DNA from: Isurus oxyrinchus
Lineage: Eukaryota
DNA length: 64,000 nt
NCBI GenBank assembly: GCA_026770705.1
Contig: JANJGN010000039.1
Coordinates: 4,588,001-4,652,000 of the forward strand
Direction: 5' to 3'
Shown here: piece by piece, positions 36,671 through 48,856 of the stretch
How positions within the stretch are numbered: the first letter of the stretch is position 1
Layout: each line of letters opens with the position of its first letter
Translations under genes and position numbers: made by a program
The notes under the pieces: model-generated
What the model was told of the DNA's origin: nothing
The model's database searches: none
Seen by the model: the letters and a program-made list of their open reading frames with translations, nothing else

Positions 36671-37619
36671 ATGTTTGTTATTAACGTACTTGAACGTTCA
36701 GCAGTGCATCATGGTGCAATACTCATACGTGATATACTTTTAATTGTCCTGCCTGTCTTACTTCCTTTCTCTTTCTCTCCCATCTCTACGTATTCTTTCC
36801 TACTTTCTCTCCAATAGACAATGACACTAACCATCTTTATTACTTAGTCTCCTATCGCTTCCTGAATACCCACTTTTACACCTGAGTAATTGCTTTCATC
36901 CGGACGCTGCCTCTTGAACCAAACCCTTGGTGCTGTCATGCGATTTCCCGTGTTAGTCAGTTGAATGATGAGTCGTTTGGAAAAGACAATCATCGTGGTT
37001 GTAAAAAAAAACAAGTATCCTGTCTGCTGCAATTAGTCAATTTTCATCATTTAATTCATTTCATTTCAAAAGCCAATGTACAAGTACATCGGGTGTAACA
37101 AAACCGAAGCAGGTTTTAACTTGAATATCATAAAATATTCTTGCTGTGTGTATTAAACTATCGCTGTCTCGTGTTGCACGTATCAATGGCAGTACATGAA
37201 ATGCTGGATGGCGGCTAGCTGGGTGAGGGGAATAATCCTTCTCTCTCCCAGCAGGAAGATGAAAGTTCAGACGTTCTATGCTTTTGTCGGAATGCCGGAT
37301 TCCCAATGTTGTTTTTGCGGTCCCCCATTGTCAACAAGGAGAGGAACAGGAAATGAAGGAATTCTCACTGCTTCAATGTCTTGTGCGAGAACGATGCATA
37401 GCACATCATGTTGATGAACGATCACCATCTTAGCAGCAGCCAGGAATCCTGCACTCTGAAGCCGCTCGCCATTTTCGGGCATGCACCGAAATGAAGGCTG
37501 CCCCTAGATTCATGGCTAAAAATAGCCAGCACATGGCCATTCCAGGTCGCCAATCACACAAGTGAAAATAGCTTCGCTACCAAATAACAACTTTTGACAC
37601 CTCGGATCTTCACATAGTT

Positions 37620-38210
37620 AAAACAGCGAGACTTCAAACCCATTAAACAGAGAGACTTCAATTAGCTTTAAACTGCGAAACATTAAATAGATTAAAAAGC
37701 GAAACTCTGGGAAGTTTAAACAGCGAGTCGTCGGGACAGTTTCAACAAGGAGACATCAAACCGCTAAATATTGATTATTAAATTGTTTCAAACTGCCTGT
37801 CTAAGTGGCAGTGTAAACAGAGAGACTTTGGGCAGGTTAAACAGTGAGAATTTGGGCAGTTTAAACATAGGGATTTCGGGCCGTTTGAACAGGGAGGCTT
37901 CGGGACTGCTTAAAGGGTGAGATTTCAAACAGTTGCAGCAGGTTGAATGGGGACACTTCAAACATTTTTAAAAGGCAGACTTCAAGCAGGTTAACCAGCG
38001 AGACTGCAAACATGCTGAATAGGGGGACATCAGTCAGGTTCAACATGGCGACTTTAATCACGTGTAACAGGGAGACTTCAAATGGGTTTTACAGGGAGGC
38101 TTCAAAAATGTTGAAGAGTGAGAATTCAAACAGGTTAAACAGCGAGGCATAATTTAGTTTCAAAAGTGATACTTCGGACAGATTAAATAGCGAGGCCTCG
38201 GGCATAAATT
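37620..38210. repeat. Degenerate 24-bp minisatellite, about 24-25 copies
   Basis: Consensus about AAACAGCGAGACTTCAAACAGGTT. Confidence 0.88.
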
Positions 38211-38284
38211 TAAGGGTAGGTTATGGCAGGGCCGATCAGCCACTTGGATTCCTACGGCCATGCGACGTTGGAGGCCAGTGTCAC

Positions 38285-38950
38285 ATCTAAAGAACACATG
38301 AACGTGGAGCAGAATTTGGCCATTGGACCCCTGGATCCCGCGCCACCTTTCAGTAATAACCTGGTTGCTCTGCTTGTATTGATGATTCAACATTCCCATC
38401 CACCCCGATAACTTCTGTCTCAATTGCCGGACAAAAAATGTTAACGTTCGCCTTAAACTCATTCAATGACAGACTCCAGTGCGTTCTGAGGCAGAGAGTT
38501 CCAGAGTTACACAACCTCTGAGAGGGATAAAACAACCTCCTCATATCTGTCCCAAAGGCGGTTCCTAATTTTAAACAATTCCTACTAATTCTGTTAAATA
38601 TTATTTCATTGTCAAACTTGTCAAGCCCGTTCAGGAACTTATATACTTCAAAAAAATCATCCCTAACTCTGCCAAAATCCAGCTGAATCAAACCCAGCCT
38701 CTCTAAGCTACCGTCATAACACAACCCAATCGTTCCAGGTTCCAATCTAGGGAAGCTCCTCTGAACAGCCGCTAATCCTTAAAAGCCTTCGTTCAATAAG
38801 GGGAACAAAATTGCTCACAGCGTTCGAGATGGGGTCTCACCAGTGCCCTGTATAACTGAAGCATAACATCCTTCCATTTATTTCAAAGTTCTATACTAAT
38901 ATACAATCGCATTCTATGACCATTCTCTATTACTTTCTGAACGTGCATTC
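38285..38950 (-). mobile_element. CR1-type LINE 3' fragment
   Basis: Reverse-complement CR1 tail (ggagcagaatttggccattggacccctgg..agagttccagag..gatggggtctcaccagtgccctgtataac). Confidence 0.7.
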
Positions 38951-38954
38951 GGAC

Positions 38955-41900
38955 ACGTGATGAGCACGTGTGCAGAAATGTCTCCAGCCACAGCTACTCG
39001 AAAACTGCAGCTGCGGCTGCCGTCACTGCAGAACATCCTTAAGGCCGATATTTTCCTGGAAACCGTACAATGGGATGGTCATACCACAGTCAAAGTGTGT
39101 ACAGGCAGAAAGGCAATTGGTTACCACAGGCAAATTAAAAGCACTGGGCAGTTAATGGGCCCAAACACCTCTGTAATAGATTTTCTACGTGCATACTGCT
39201 TGGCGAGTTGGTTTCTCAGGGGAACGCAGCGAGAGCCAAGTCCGTTGCGCCTCGTGTGGCTCAACAGCACGGGGAGCTTGGGGAGAGTGTGGTGAGAGAA
39301 TGGGAGATTAAAAAGAACAGTGATAGAGGAATAGTGCCAGGGTATTGTATCGTAAAGTGAACAGAGAGGCGTTTCTGTGGTCGCAGGTATTACTGCTGGG
39401 TGGGACGTTTCATCCCTGCTGCTAGGGGCAAGGACGTCACTGAGATGCTGCAGAACATTCTGAACGGGGTGGGGGGGTGGGGGGGCGGTGGAAAATACAT
39501 GTAGTGACCCACATGGTACCAGCCTCATGTGCTAATGTAGAGATGAGGTCCTGAAGGCACTTATCGGGAGCTGAGTAAACAAATTAAAAAGCAGAACAAC
39601 AAGGTTTGTAATCTCAGTGTAACACCCAGTGTTTCGTGCAAACGAGATCAGGTAAAGGAGGATAGATCAGTTCAATGTCCAAACGGAGTAATTGTGTAGG
39701 GATTTAGATTCCTGAGGGAATGGGACACATTCTGTGGAAGATGGGGTTTGTATAAGCTGGACAAGTTGCACTCAAGCAGGACCAAAACCAATTCTTTGCA
39801 GGGCTAATCATTTTCTCTGTGGTGCCGATGGGCGGGGGAGGGTTAGGGGAGGAGACTATTATGGTGACGAGGTCATGGGAGCATCAGCGGTGGGTAACAA
39901 GAGAGGGAACAAAGAAACAAATGAAAGAGTACTAAAAAAGAAATGTGGTAAGCAAATGAACATAGGGTTTGCAGGAAATAGGGACAAAATGCAGTTAGGT
40001 TCTGTAAAAATATTAGAATAAACAGCTCTAAAGGCATGGCACCTGAATGCATGGAGCATTAATATAAGCTAGACGAATTGACAGTGCAAATAGGTTTCAA
40101 CGTGCACAATGTGATTTCGGTCATTGAGACAGGGCTGCACGGCTTCCAACGCTGGCAAGTGATTGTCCAAGGGATTTCCATATTTCGGGCGGGCAGGGAA
40201 ATAAGAAGCAGAGGTGAGGCGGGGCTACAAGATAAGAATGAAATGAGTACAACTGTGAGAACTGATATTGGCTCAAAATATCTAGATGTAGATTTAGTCT
40301 TGCTGTAGCGAAAAAGGGAGAAGGTGCAGAACAGTTTGCTGATTTGTCTAAAGGCGCCAAAATGTAGCAATAAGGCAAGGAAAGGCGTTAACCTGAAACG
40401 TAGAGATGCATGTAACTCACATGCTGCAGAAATCATGGATGTTTGATGGACAAACTGAATCAGCAATGACATTCTGGCGAATGAATTGTCGAGTGTGTAC
40501 GAAAAGCTTTTTTTTAATTGGACCATTACGTCGGGGATCCAACCAGGGAGCAGTTTATCCTAGATTTGATATCGTGTCATGAGAAGGAGAAAGCTAATAA
40601 CCGTGTCGTGCAATGTCCTTAAGAGAATGGTGACCAAAGTGAGATAGAATTTTTTATTTGGATGAAAAGTATAATAGTCCAATCCGAAACTATCGTCATA
40701 CATTCAAACAAAGTAAGCTACGAGGATATGAGACTGTGAGTTGGCTTAGATAATTTGGGTAACTTCATTAAAGTACATGGTGCTCAGGCAAATTTTTATA
40801 TTTTTGGACTGGATCTGTGCATTGCTGCAATTACATTCATCTTCATGGCTTCATAAAAAAAAAAGCAGTAAATGCAGCCCAAAAACAGCTAACAAAACGA
40901 TATCCGGATAGCGCTAGATCCAGTGAAGAGTCAGTTAAATGTGTTAGCAAAAGTAGCAATTTGGGAACAGCTTAGAATTTATCGAAGGGTGACCAAGCGA
41001 TGGTTTAGAGGGCATAGGGCATGAGGGTAAACTTGCAAAAAACATAATAGTGGAGTGCAAAATTTTCTACAAGCATGTACAGTGAAGACAAATGTTGGAC
41101 CGTTACAGTTTCAAAATGTAGAATTTATAACTGAGAACAGGGCAATGCAGAGTATTTAAGCAACTATTTTATTTACGTAATTTGAGGAGTAAACACAAGT
41201 AGCTTACCAGAGATGCCAGAAAAGCAAAAAGAACCAGCGAGAACTATCATTTTAAGGAAATCAGCACGGGAAAAATTAAAAGAAATACAGCGCTGGAAAA
41301 ATCAATTGGACTGACAGCCGATAAATCCCCAGGACGTGATCATTTACATTCGGGAGTGCTAACTGAATGGCCATGGAATGAGAGATTGTGTTAGCTTTCA
41401 TCTACTAAAATTTTGCAGATTCTGTAACAGTCCCGGGAATTGGAAAGTGGCAAATGTAACGTCACTATGTTCAAAATAAGAAGCGAAGAATAAAACAGAA
41501 AATTACATGCCGGCCACCATCATTTGAAGGGAAAACTTTCGAGTCTATTATAGAGCTTGTGCTAATAGGTCATTTGAAAATATCATCATTACTGGGCGAA
41601 ACCATCATGGGTTTATGAAAGGGAAATCGTTTGTTACAAACCTAATGGGAATTTTTAAAAGATGTAACAGTTAGAAATATCAGGGAGAACAATTGATGTG
41701 GTGCAATTGGGCTTTCACGGAGTTTCTGGTAAAGTCCCACAAAGGAGGTTAGTGTGCAAAATTTAAGCACATTTGAACGGAGGCAATACATTGGCATGGT
41801 TTGAGAATAGTTTACAGACCGAAAGCAGAGAATAGATATAAATGTTCTTTTTTCTGGAGTGGCAGGCATTGCCGAAACTGGTACAGGATGTATCAGTGAA

Positions 41901-42856
41901 TGAGTCCAGCTGTTCACATTACACATCAATGATTTTGATGAAGGAATAAAATGCAATAATTCTAAATTTGCTGGCAGCAAAACATTAGGGAATGTTAGGG
42001 GTGAGGATGATTTAAAGGCGCTTCAAGGCAATTTAAGAAAGGTGAGCGAGTGGACGAAGATATGACAGATGCAGTTTTTTTTTCGGTAAGTGTGACATAT
42101 TCCAATTCGGTCATAAAAAGCCTGAATGCAATAATATTATTTAAATGATGATAAACGGGGAAATGCTGGTGTACAGATTTCAGCAAGCAGTTTGGAAGGC
42201 AAATAACATTCTGGACTTCATTACTGTCGGACTTGAGTGCAGGAGCAAGGATGACTTACTGCATCTCTAGAGGGCATTCGTGAGACCACTCATTGATTTG
42301 TGTGCTTCGGTCTACTTCCCAAAGAAAGGGAATATTGCCATGGAGTGAATGCAGCAAATGGTTACCCGAATGATTTATGTGATGGCAGCATTGTCCTATA
42401 ATGAGAGATTGTGGCGTCCAGGCCAGCATTCCCTGGAGTATAGATGATTGAAAGGGGATCACATTGAAAGGTATAAAATTCGGTAGCAATTTACAGACTT
42501 GTTGCAGGGACGATGTTCTCTCTAGCTGCGAGATCTGGAGCAAGGTGTCATTGTTTCAGGATATGGGATAGGCCATTTCGGATTGAAGTGAGGAGAAAGT
42601 TCTCCACCTAAAGCGTGGTGAATCTAAGGGTTTATCGACCAAAGAAGTCTGCGGGTGCCAACGGACTGGATATATTAGCAATACAGTGGACAGCTTTCTA
42701 GACTATGAAGGAGCTTTCTGGACTCTAAAGACATCAAACCTGATGAGGAGAGAGCTGGACAATGGCATTATTTTGGATGAGGAAATGTGAACATATGGAT
42801 GAGGCAGCAGGATCGAAGGGCCAAAAGGATTACAGCTAATCCTATTGTCTGTGCTT
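38955..42856 (+). mobile_element. Near full-length degenerate CR1 LINE (ORF1 esterase-like, ORF2 endonuclease and RT)
   Basis: ORF1-like RRFCGRR..PAARGKDVTEMLQNIL. EN WHLNAWSI..KLDELTVQIGFNVHNVISVIETGL. RT KSPGRDHLHSGVL, WKVANVT, HHGFMKGKSFVTNL, INDFDEGIKCNNSKFAG. 3' tail at about 42800-42856. Many disablements. Confidence 0.9.
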
Positions 42857-43029
42857 TTAATCTTCATTGTTCAAGGGGAGCAATGTAGCACCAGGAGCAG
42901 CATGGAACGGGCTACTTACATGATGAAACATTGCTGGCGCTGCATGAAGTGCAAGGATTGAACTCCTCAGTAAACGTTGGTGCAGGTTTCCAAACATCTG
43001 ATGTTCTCCCATGCAATTCATATGGGGAA

Positions 43030-46000
43030 GTGGATTGAGGGGAGTAGGTGGGGGTGGTGTCCTCCATACACACGCCTGTTTGCTGCATATTCGGATCAGG
43101 TAGTAAGGGATGTTGAGCCGATGTGCAATTGGCTTGCGTCCTGGCTTTTGGCTCAATTCGTGGATGTTTTCCATTCAGATCGGCAGGGTAGTTGGTAAGT
43201 TTGAAAGGTCATTTGAATCGGTTTGTGGATAATCCAGCAAGGCCGGGTATCGTGGTATTCATGAAAGGTCACAGGGCAATGTCAATGCTTTTTGGGTGTT
43301 AGCCTGGTTTGCTAATGAGGGATGTTACCTAACGGCGCGTGTGTTTCTTTCACTGGATGCTCTGTGTGTATTTGAGGTTTGTTTCCATAAGATTCGGGGC
43401 TAGAGAGGTCAATGAATAAATGCTGTCCAGGCTAGTTATATTAAGGTTGGTTGCGTCTTGGGAAATTAGTGCTTTTGGATGGGCGGGCCGAGTCAAGATT
43501 AGTGACCTATCTGTCAGTGTGGCCGGGACAGAGGAGCAGTCCTTTTTGTTGGGAAGTCAAGCAATTGGGTTTTGCATTTACTCAATGGGTTAGTTGGGTG
43601 GCCAAGTGTAGTCAGCTCCGTTCAAGTCAGTGAGTAGTCTGGCCTCAGGGGATATTTTGTTAAATGGGGGGTTAACTGAGACCTTTCAATCGGGTAATCA
43701 GGTCAGGTTAATTGGTTGTGTGTGCTTGGAAATGCAGCGAGGATGAGTGAAATCTTATTGGGTTTGTCTGGCATTAGTTAACTGGCCTGCAAAAAGGTCG
43801 GGTTGTTTTAAGCGGTTATTGGGGACAGTGGTGAATTTGGTCAGGTACAGCGATTTGGATCAACTGTGGAAGGGCGGGGTGCTTCGGGTGTTTCGTGAGG
43901 TGAATGGGGTCAGGTGGTATTTGGGAAGAGGGAGGTTATGTTGGCGGATTGTGGTGGTGCCTCGATCTGAGTTATTTTTCTCGTTGGGGCTCTAGTCACT
44001 TTGGGTCATGTCCATATTCAAGCCTGTTTGATAATAGCTCGTGAGTGATCGGGGTACTGTTTAAATTGGACTTGGGGGATAGTCACATCGATGCAGATTT
44101 CATCAGCTGGAGGGTGTATGCATTCTGCAGAGTCTATCGTCCAAAGAATTCGGGGAAATTGGATGGAGTCGGGTAGAGTCATTTTGTAGCTGGGTCTTGT
44201 GTGTTGAAAAGTCTGTTCAGCCGTGGGATAAATAGATCTGCTGGGGTGGAAGATCTTGTCAGCTCGCGGGTCGGAGAAAGTGGGAGGCACTTTGTTTTGC
44301 CCGTGTGTTTGTTCAGCAACTCGAGCTGTAGACAGGCCAAGCCATGGGAAAGCTCTGTTCGATCATCGGAGTAGTTGTGTCGAATTGGGGGATAGTCCAT
44401 TCAGGTCAGGGATAGTTGCTCCATTGTTTGGATGAGTAGATTGTTTCAGTCTTCAGGTTGGAGCCACAGCAATTTAGTTAGTGCTGAATGGCAGTCATGT
44501 CGTTTTGGGAGAATGGGTCAGCTTTTGAGTGTAGTCAGTTCAGTTCGCAGTGTGCAGTAATGTCAGGTTCGTTTGGGTGGAGGAGCTTCAATCGGCTAGC
44601 CTTAGGTTAGTTGTTTAATTGTGAGGAATGGTTGCCATTTTAGGATATTCAATTCAGCGGATAGTCATTTTGGGTAAACGTCTCAGCCTGATTTGTTGGA
44701 TTGTTAAGATAGTTCGACACGGAGTAGTCAGATGAGCATGCAGTGGTAGTCTTACCCAGAAGTTAATAGTGGTATCCAGTCAGGTCAGCAGTGTAATCTT
44801 GTCAGCTAAAGAAAATCATCACAGGTAGTGAGTAACCCAATCAGGTTGTTGGGTATTCGTGCCGGATTTGAGAGGTATGTGAATTGGATGGATAATTGGG
44901 GCGCATATGAGTCTTACTCGGATTGGCTCGGGGTTTCTCAGGTTCGGTCACGGTGTTAAAGTCCGGTACCTTGTTTGTTGCGGTTGAGGATGAGTAAGTA
45001 GGATTGGAGAAGGGCTTGATCTGCTCAACACCGTGTACAGTCGGTCAGGTCTCTGGGCAGTTTGGTCAGATGGCACGTGGTGATTAGTTCAGGGAGGTAG
45101 GAAGGTCGAGTCAATGTTTGTTACTTGAGGTGGGCTTGAAGCTGTCACGAGATGCAAAGGGGTACTCTGGTGAGGGCAGTGATGTAGACATCTCTGGTGC
45201 GTAGTGGGGACTTGTGAGGTGATTTTTGGTACGTGCTGGGGGTATTTTGGCCCAGGTGGTTAGTCGTGATCTGCACAGATTAGTCACTTGAGTTTGGGCG
45301 GTGGTGACAGTGGTGAGCAGTAGACTTTCCGGTTCAGAAGTTGGCCGGGCTCTGTTGGTGGTAAACAGTTTAATTGGGCTATTGGGTCGTGGGGGCAGCG
45401 GCATATTTGTGTAACATGTTCGGGTCAGTATGTAGCCCATGTAGTGGTATAGTTAGGTCCAGAGTGATAGTTTGGCCGTGCTGTAAAGGGGTGTAGCTGG
45501 AGTGAATAGGGCCGGGAGGTTGAAGAGTCAAGAGAGCTGGATTCAGAAATGTCACCAAGTTGGTTGGAGGTGTAGTCGGGTCAGGAAACAAGTATTCAGG
45601 TTGTGAGTTAGTCCTTCCTGGATGTCAGAAGGAAGAGCATCACTGCTTTAAGGCAGGCATTCCTGGAGTTAGCCATCTTGGTTCAATGAGAGATAGGTCA
45701 GAGGGTATTAATTTGGGCTGGGCTGTTGAAAACTTCGATGCATTGATTCATCAAGCTCAGCATTTAGTTTATTCGTGTTGTGGGTGTTTAACCGGTGAGG
45801 TTAAGGGTATCTGGTCAAGGTGGTGGAATCAACTTGGCCGGGTATGCATGTCAGATCCATTCGTTAATTTGGCACGTTTGTTTGCGGGATTTACTGGTGT
45901 GTTTCAGGTCAGGCCATAATGGTCATTGGCACGGGTATTCGGACCGAGTGGCGGGTAGTCACGCCTGGTCAGCGTGTCCATTGTCGAATTGTGATTTTAG

Positions 46001-46770
46001 GGGGTTGTGTCTGGTCAGCTTGGGATATAGTCAGGTCTAGTCGGAGACTGGTGTGGTCAGTTTCTTGCATGAGCTAGTCAACCAAGTGGTTTTTCAGGCT
46101 GGGTTTGCAAGTGGAGCAGAAAGATCGTGTCAGGTGTTGTCGCATCTGGTTGGTGCAGGGGAATGTCGAATTTGGTTTGCTGCTTGTTGGATCTTGTTGT
46201 TGTGGCGGCAGCCTGATAGGATCAGTAGGTAGTCGGATCAAATCAGAGGTTGTCGGACATTATCATTCCGAGATGTCATGAGATCACTTCGGGGGTGAGT
46301 CTAGTATGGAGTGCGATCAGGTGGGAAGGTGGAGAGGCATGTCTTGTTTACAGTCCTGTAGTTAGAGCGTGACAGGGGCCAGCTGGGTCTGCCAATTATG
46401 TGGGGCAATCTGTAACAATCATCAGTTCTGGATGTTATTGGCAGGTAGCTTGAGCGGTTCAGCTAATAATCGAGCCGGGTAGGTGCGGTGCTTTTTCGGA
46501 GTTGATCAAAGGTAGCCGTGTCTGGTCTGTGCAAGTGATAGTTGGAAAGTGTCAGCGTTTGGCAGAACGAGCTCGGGGGCTGTTGACAGACTCGGGGAAG
46601 TGGACTGTTTTGGGCTGTTTTTTTGGTTCAGGTCATATGGGCTGTCAGGTCCTTAATTTGGTTTAGCAACATTTCAGGTTTCATTGAGATCATTGGTTAG
46701 TCCGATTGGTTAATATTGGTGTCAGGTCGCGTCAGGTCAGAATCACTAGCCGGCACCGGCGTGATTCTCT
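43030..46770. other. Unclassified ~3.7 kb G/T-skewed element (copy 1)
   Basis: Strong G+T bias on the + strand, dense GTCAGG/GGTCAG motifs, no long or recognisable ORF. Confidence 0.6.
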
Positions 46771-48571
46771 GCTAAGTTAATTGTGAACAGAACTTGAAAT
46801 TCAACTTAAGGTGTTTTCTGTTCTTTTGTCACCTATACCAGGGTTGAAGGAATGATCAACATCTGGTTAAAAAAGAACAGCTGAAAGCAAATTTTACAGA
46901 CAAGATGGGGGCGTCAATGATTTATGTCTTCACGTCGATGGATTATAGAGTGCAGAATCAATCCATTGCTTGGATCATGCATGTGCTGGCTTCCAAAGAA
47001 ATATCCAGTTTTGGTTTCCGTGTCTGTTCTTTTCCCATAGCGGCTGCAAGTAGCTATTCAGTTCCCTATTGAAGCTGCTTTCAACGTGTCTGCAAGCAAT
47101 GCATTCCAGATAGTAACAACTCTCTACAATCATTTTCTTTTCATGGACTCTCTGATACTCTTGGCAATTAAATTACCTATCCTAGTTAGAGCGGGAAAAT
47201 GTTTACTTCCCGTTTGAAAATACCATGGAATATTCATCACCGCGATAACATTTCGCCTTTAACTTCTGCAGTAAAGGAATGAGCAAGCCCAGCTCCTCTA
47301 ACCTCTCGATTTCACTGACTGATCTACCATCTCTGGTACCAAAGCAATAACCCGCTCTGCACCCTCCTCATATAGTTTCTAATATATATATAGATAGACA
47401 TAAATTGGATATGGACAGAATTAATCAATTTTACTTTATTGAATTTCAGCACTCACTCCCAATTGTTCTGTAGTATTTGCATGGAATGATAAGGCAATAA
47501 CACATGTGCGCATTTTCCAATTCAAATCAAAGTATTCCAGCAGCTTCAACACGGTGTGTACGTCAGCCCAGTCTTGACTTGTTCCTCATTTCAAATCGTT
47601 GCTTTCAGTTTACATTGACGCTCCTCATTTTCCACTCAATGCAATGCTTTGCACTGCTCTGCATTAAATTGCATTAGCCGTGTGTCTCTCCAATGCATCA
47701 ACCTGCCTTTATACTCATGCTTTGTGTTTCTAACTGAACTTCTTGCTGTTTACTTTTCTGATTTTCTGTATTCTACAAAAGGTGAAAATAATGGCAGTTC
47801 AATGTTTTGGAAATGTCCCCCTGAAGAATATCAATGTATCCTCCACTCCAGCCTTAACAAGAGCATTAAATTAGTCCCCTCGGTATTTTGTACCTCAGCC
47901 AATGTCATACCAAAAATGCCAGTGCCCCTTTAATGCCCTGATTTCGGTTATCCTCACAGCTCCATTAAAAGGCACATTATCGCATGCCGCTTCACCATGT
48001 ATATACATAATAACCACATTATTCTCCTTAAAACTCTCCATTGTTTCACCAAACTTCACCAACTTTGCTAAACATGATGTTCGTCTGCTTAGTCATTCAT
48101 TAACCCTCTTTTTTTCTCCAAGTGAAGAATGTTGCAGTTTTTTACAATGTGTGGTAATATCTCCAGGATGGACTTTAGACTGACAGTCTTGAAGTTGGTG
48201 GGACCATTCATTTATTTACGTTTTAATGGGATTGGACATTGGTATATTCCAAATCTTGTGGCACCTCACCCATATCCATTGATGACTGAAAGATTCTGAC
48301 CAGAGTTCCCGTCATTTTCGCCATCCCTGCGCTCAATAATCCTCACAAACCCCATCATACTGTGCAAATGTTCCTATGCATTATGGTATAAAACTTCGTC
48401 TGGAAGAGGTTAACTGGGCTGTTCTGCTCAGTGACTGTTATTGGTTTCAGTCCCAGAGCTCCGAATTGCGCCGCTGGAGGTTTCCTTGCAGCTGTTAAAA
48501 AGGGAATCTTGTCTTTCTTATGTCCACTGTGTCAGCGAGGGCATCACCCCCGCCATAAAGAGGGAGCAACG
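43452..48571 (+). repeat. Segmental duplication, copy 1 (direct repeat of 58878-64000)
   Basis: Near-identical sequence at offset 15426-15429. Paired ORFs 43747/59173, 44018/59444, 45111/60537, 47649/63078. Confidence 0.98.
46940..48350 (-). mobile_element. Old CR1-type LINE fragment (duplicated at ~62368-63780)
   Basis: Reverse-complement CR1 tail (gcaatgcattccagatagtaacaactctct..cccgctctgcaccctc..ctctgcattaaattgcat). Confidence 0.6.
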
Positions 48572-48600
48572 GCTCTTGAGAGGCAGAGAGGATAAACCTG
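48405..48600 (+). promoter_or_regulatory. Paralogous GPCR promoter/5' UTR block
   Basis: Aligns with 11085-11280 (tcagt..ctgt.att...ttca.tc..tcc.aattg.g.c.c.ggagg.tttc; caacg.tc.tgagagg..gagag). Confidence 0.6.
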
Positions 48601-48615
48601 AATCTGAGGGCAATT

Positions 48616-48856
48616 ATGTTTCATGTCACAACAATGGCTCAGAATCTGAGGACAATATATTGGAATTTCACAACAATGGATCCGAATCTGAGCACAACAG
48701 TTTGGAATGTTCCAATCAGGACCAGTGGTTTATCCTTTTGGTTTGCCCTTATTTTCGCTGAAAATGAATGGTTCACATTAGAAATCCGGATCTCCTTCGC
48801 AGTTAAAGTGATTCAAATGATTTATTATCCAATCCCTGCTATTGTTGGTGTCCCTG
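48616..48856 (+). CDS. GPR139-like exon 1 with no matching + strand exon 2 in the window (orphan exon, or part of a gene extending beyond the window)
   Basis: MFHVTTMAQNLRTIYWNFTTMDPNLSTTVWNV..LEIRISFAVKVIQMIYYPIPAIVGVP plus phase-1 donor G|GTAAGT at 48856/48857. Homologous to 11316-11490. Confidence 0.8.

Noticed and set aside
37085-37170. Possible minus-strand exon 1 for the 33611 pseudogene (LIHTARIFYDIQ..)
   Set aside because: No GVP-like ending, no convincing donor and no ATG in a suitable position.
43747-46040. Short ORFs preserved in both duplicate copies as evidence of coding function
   Set aside because: The copies are roughly 95-99% identical, so shared ORFs are expected without selection.
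43030-46770. Nuclear mitochondrial insertion as the explanation of the strand skew
   Set aside because: No recognisable mitochondrial protein, rRNA or tRNA sequence, and G is not depleted enough on the A/C-rich strand. A database search would be needed to exclude it fully.
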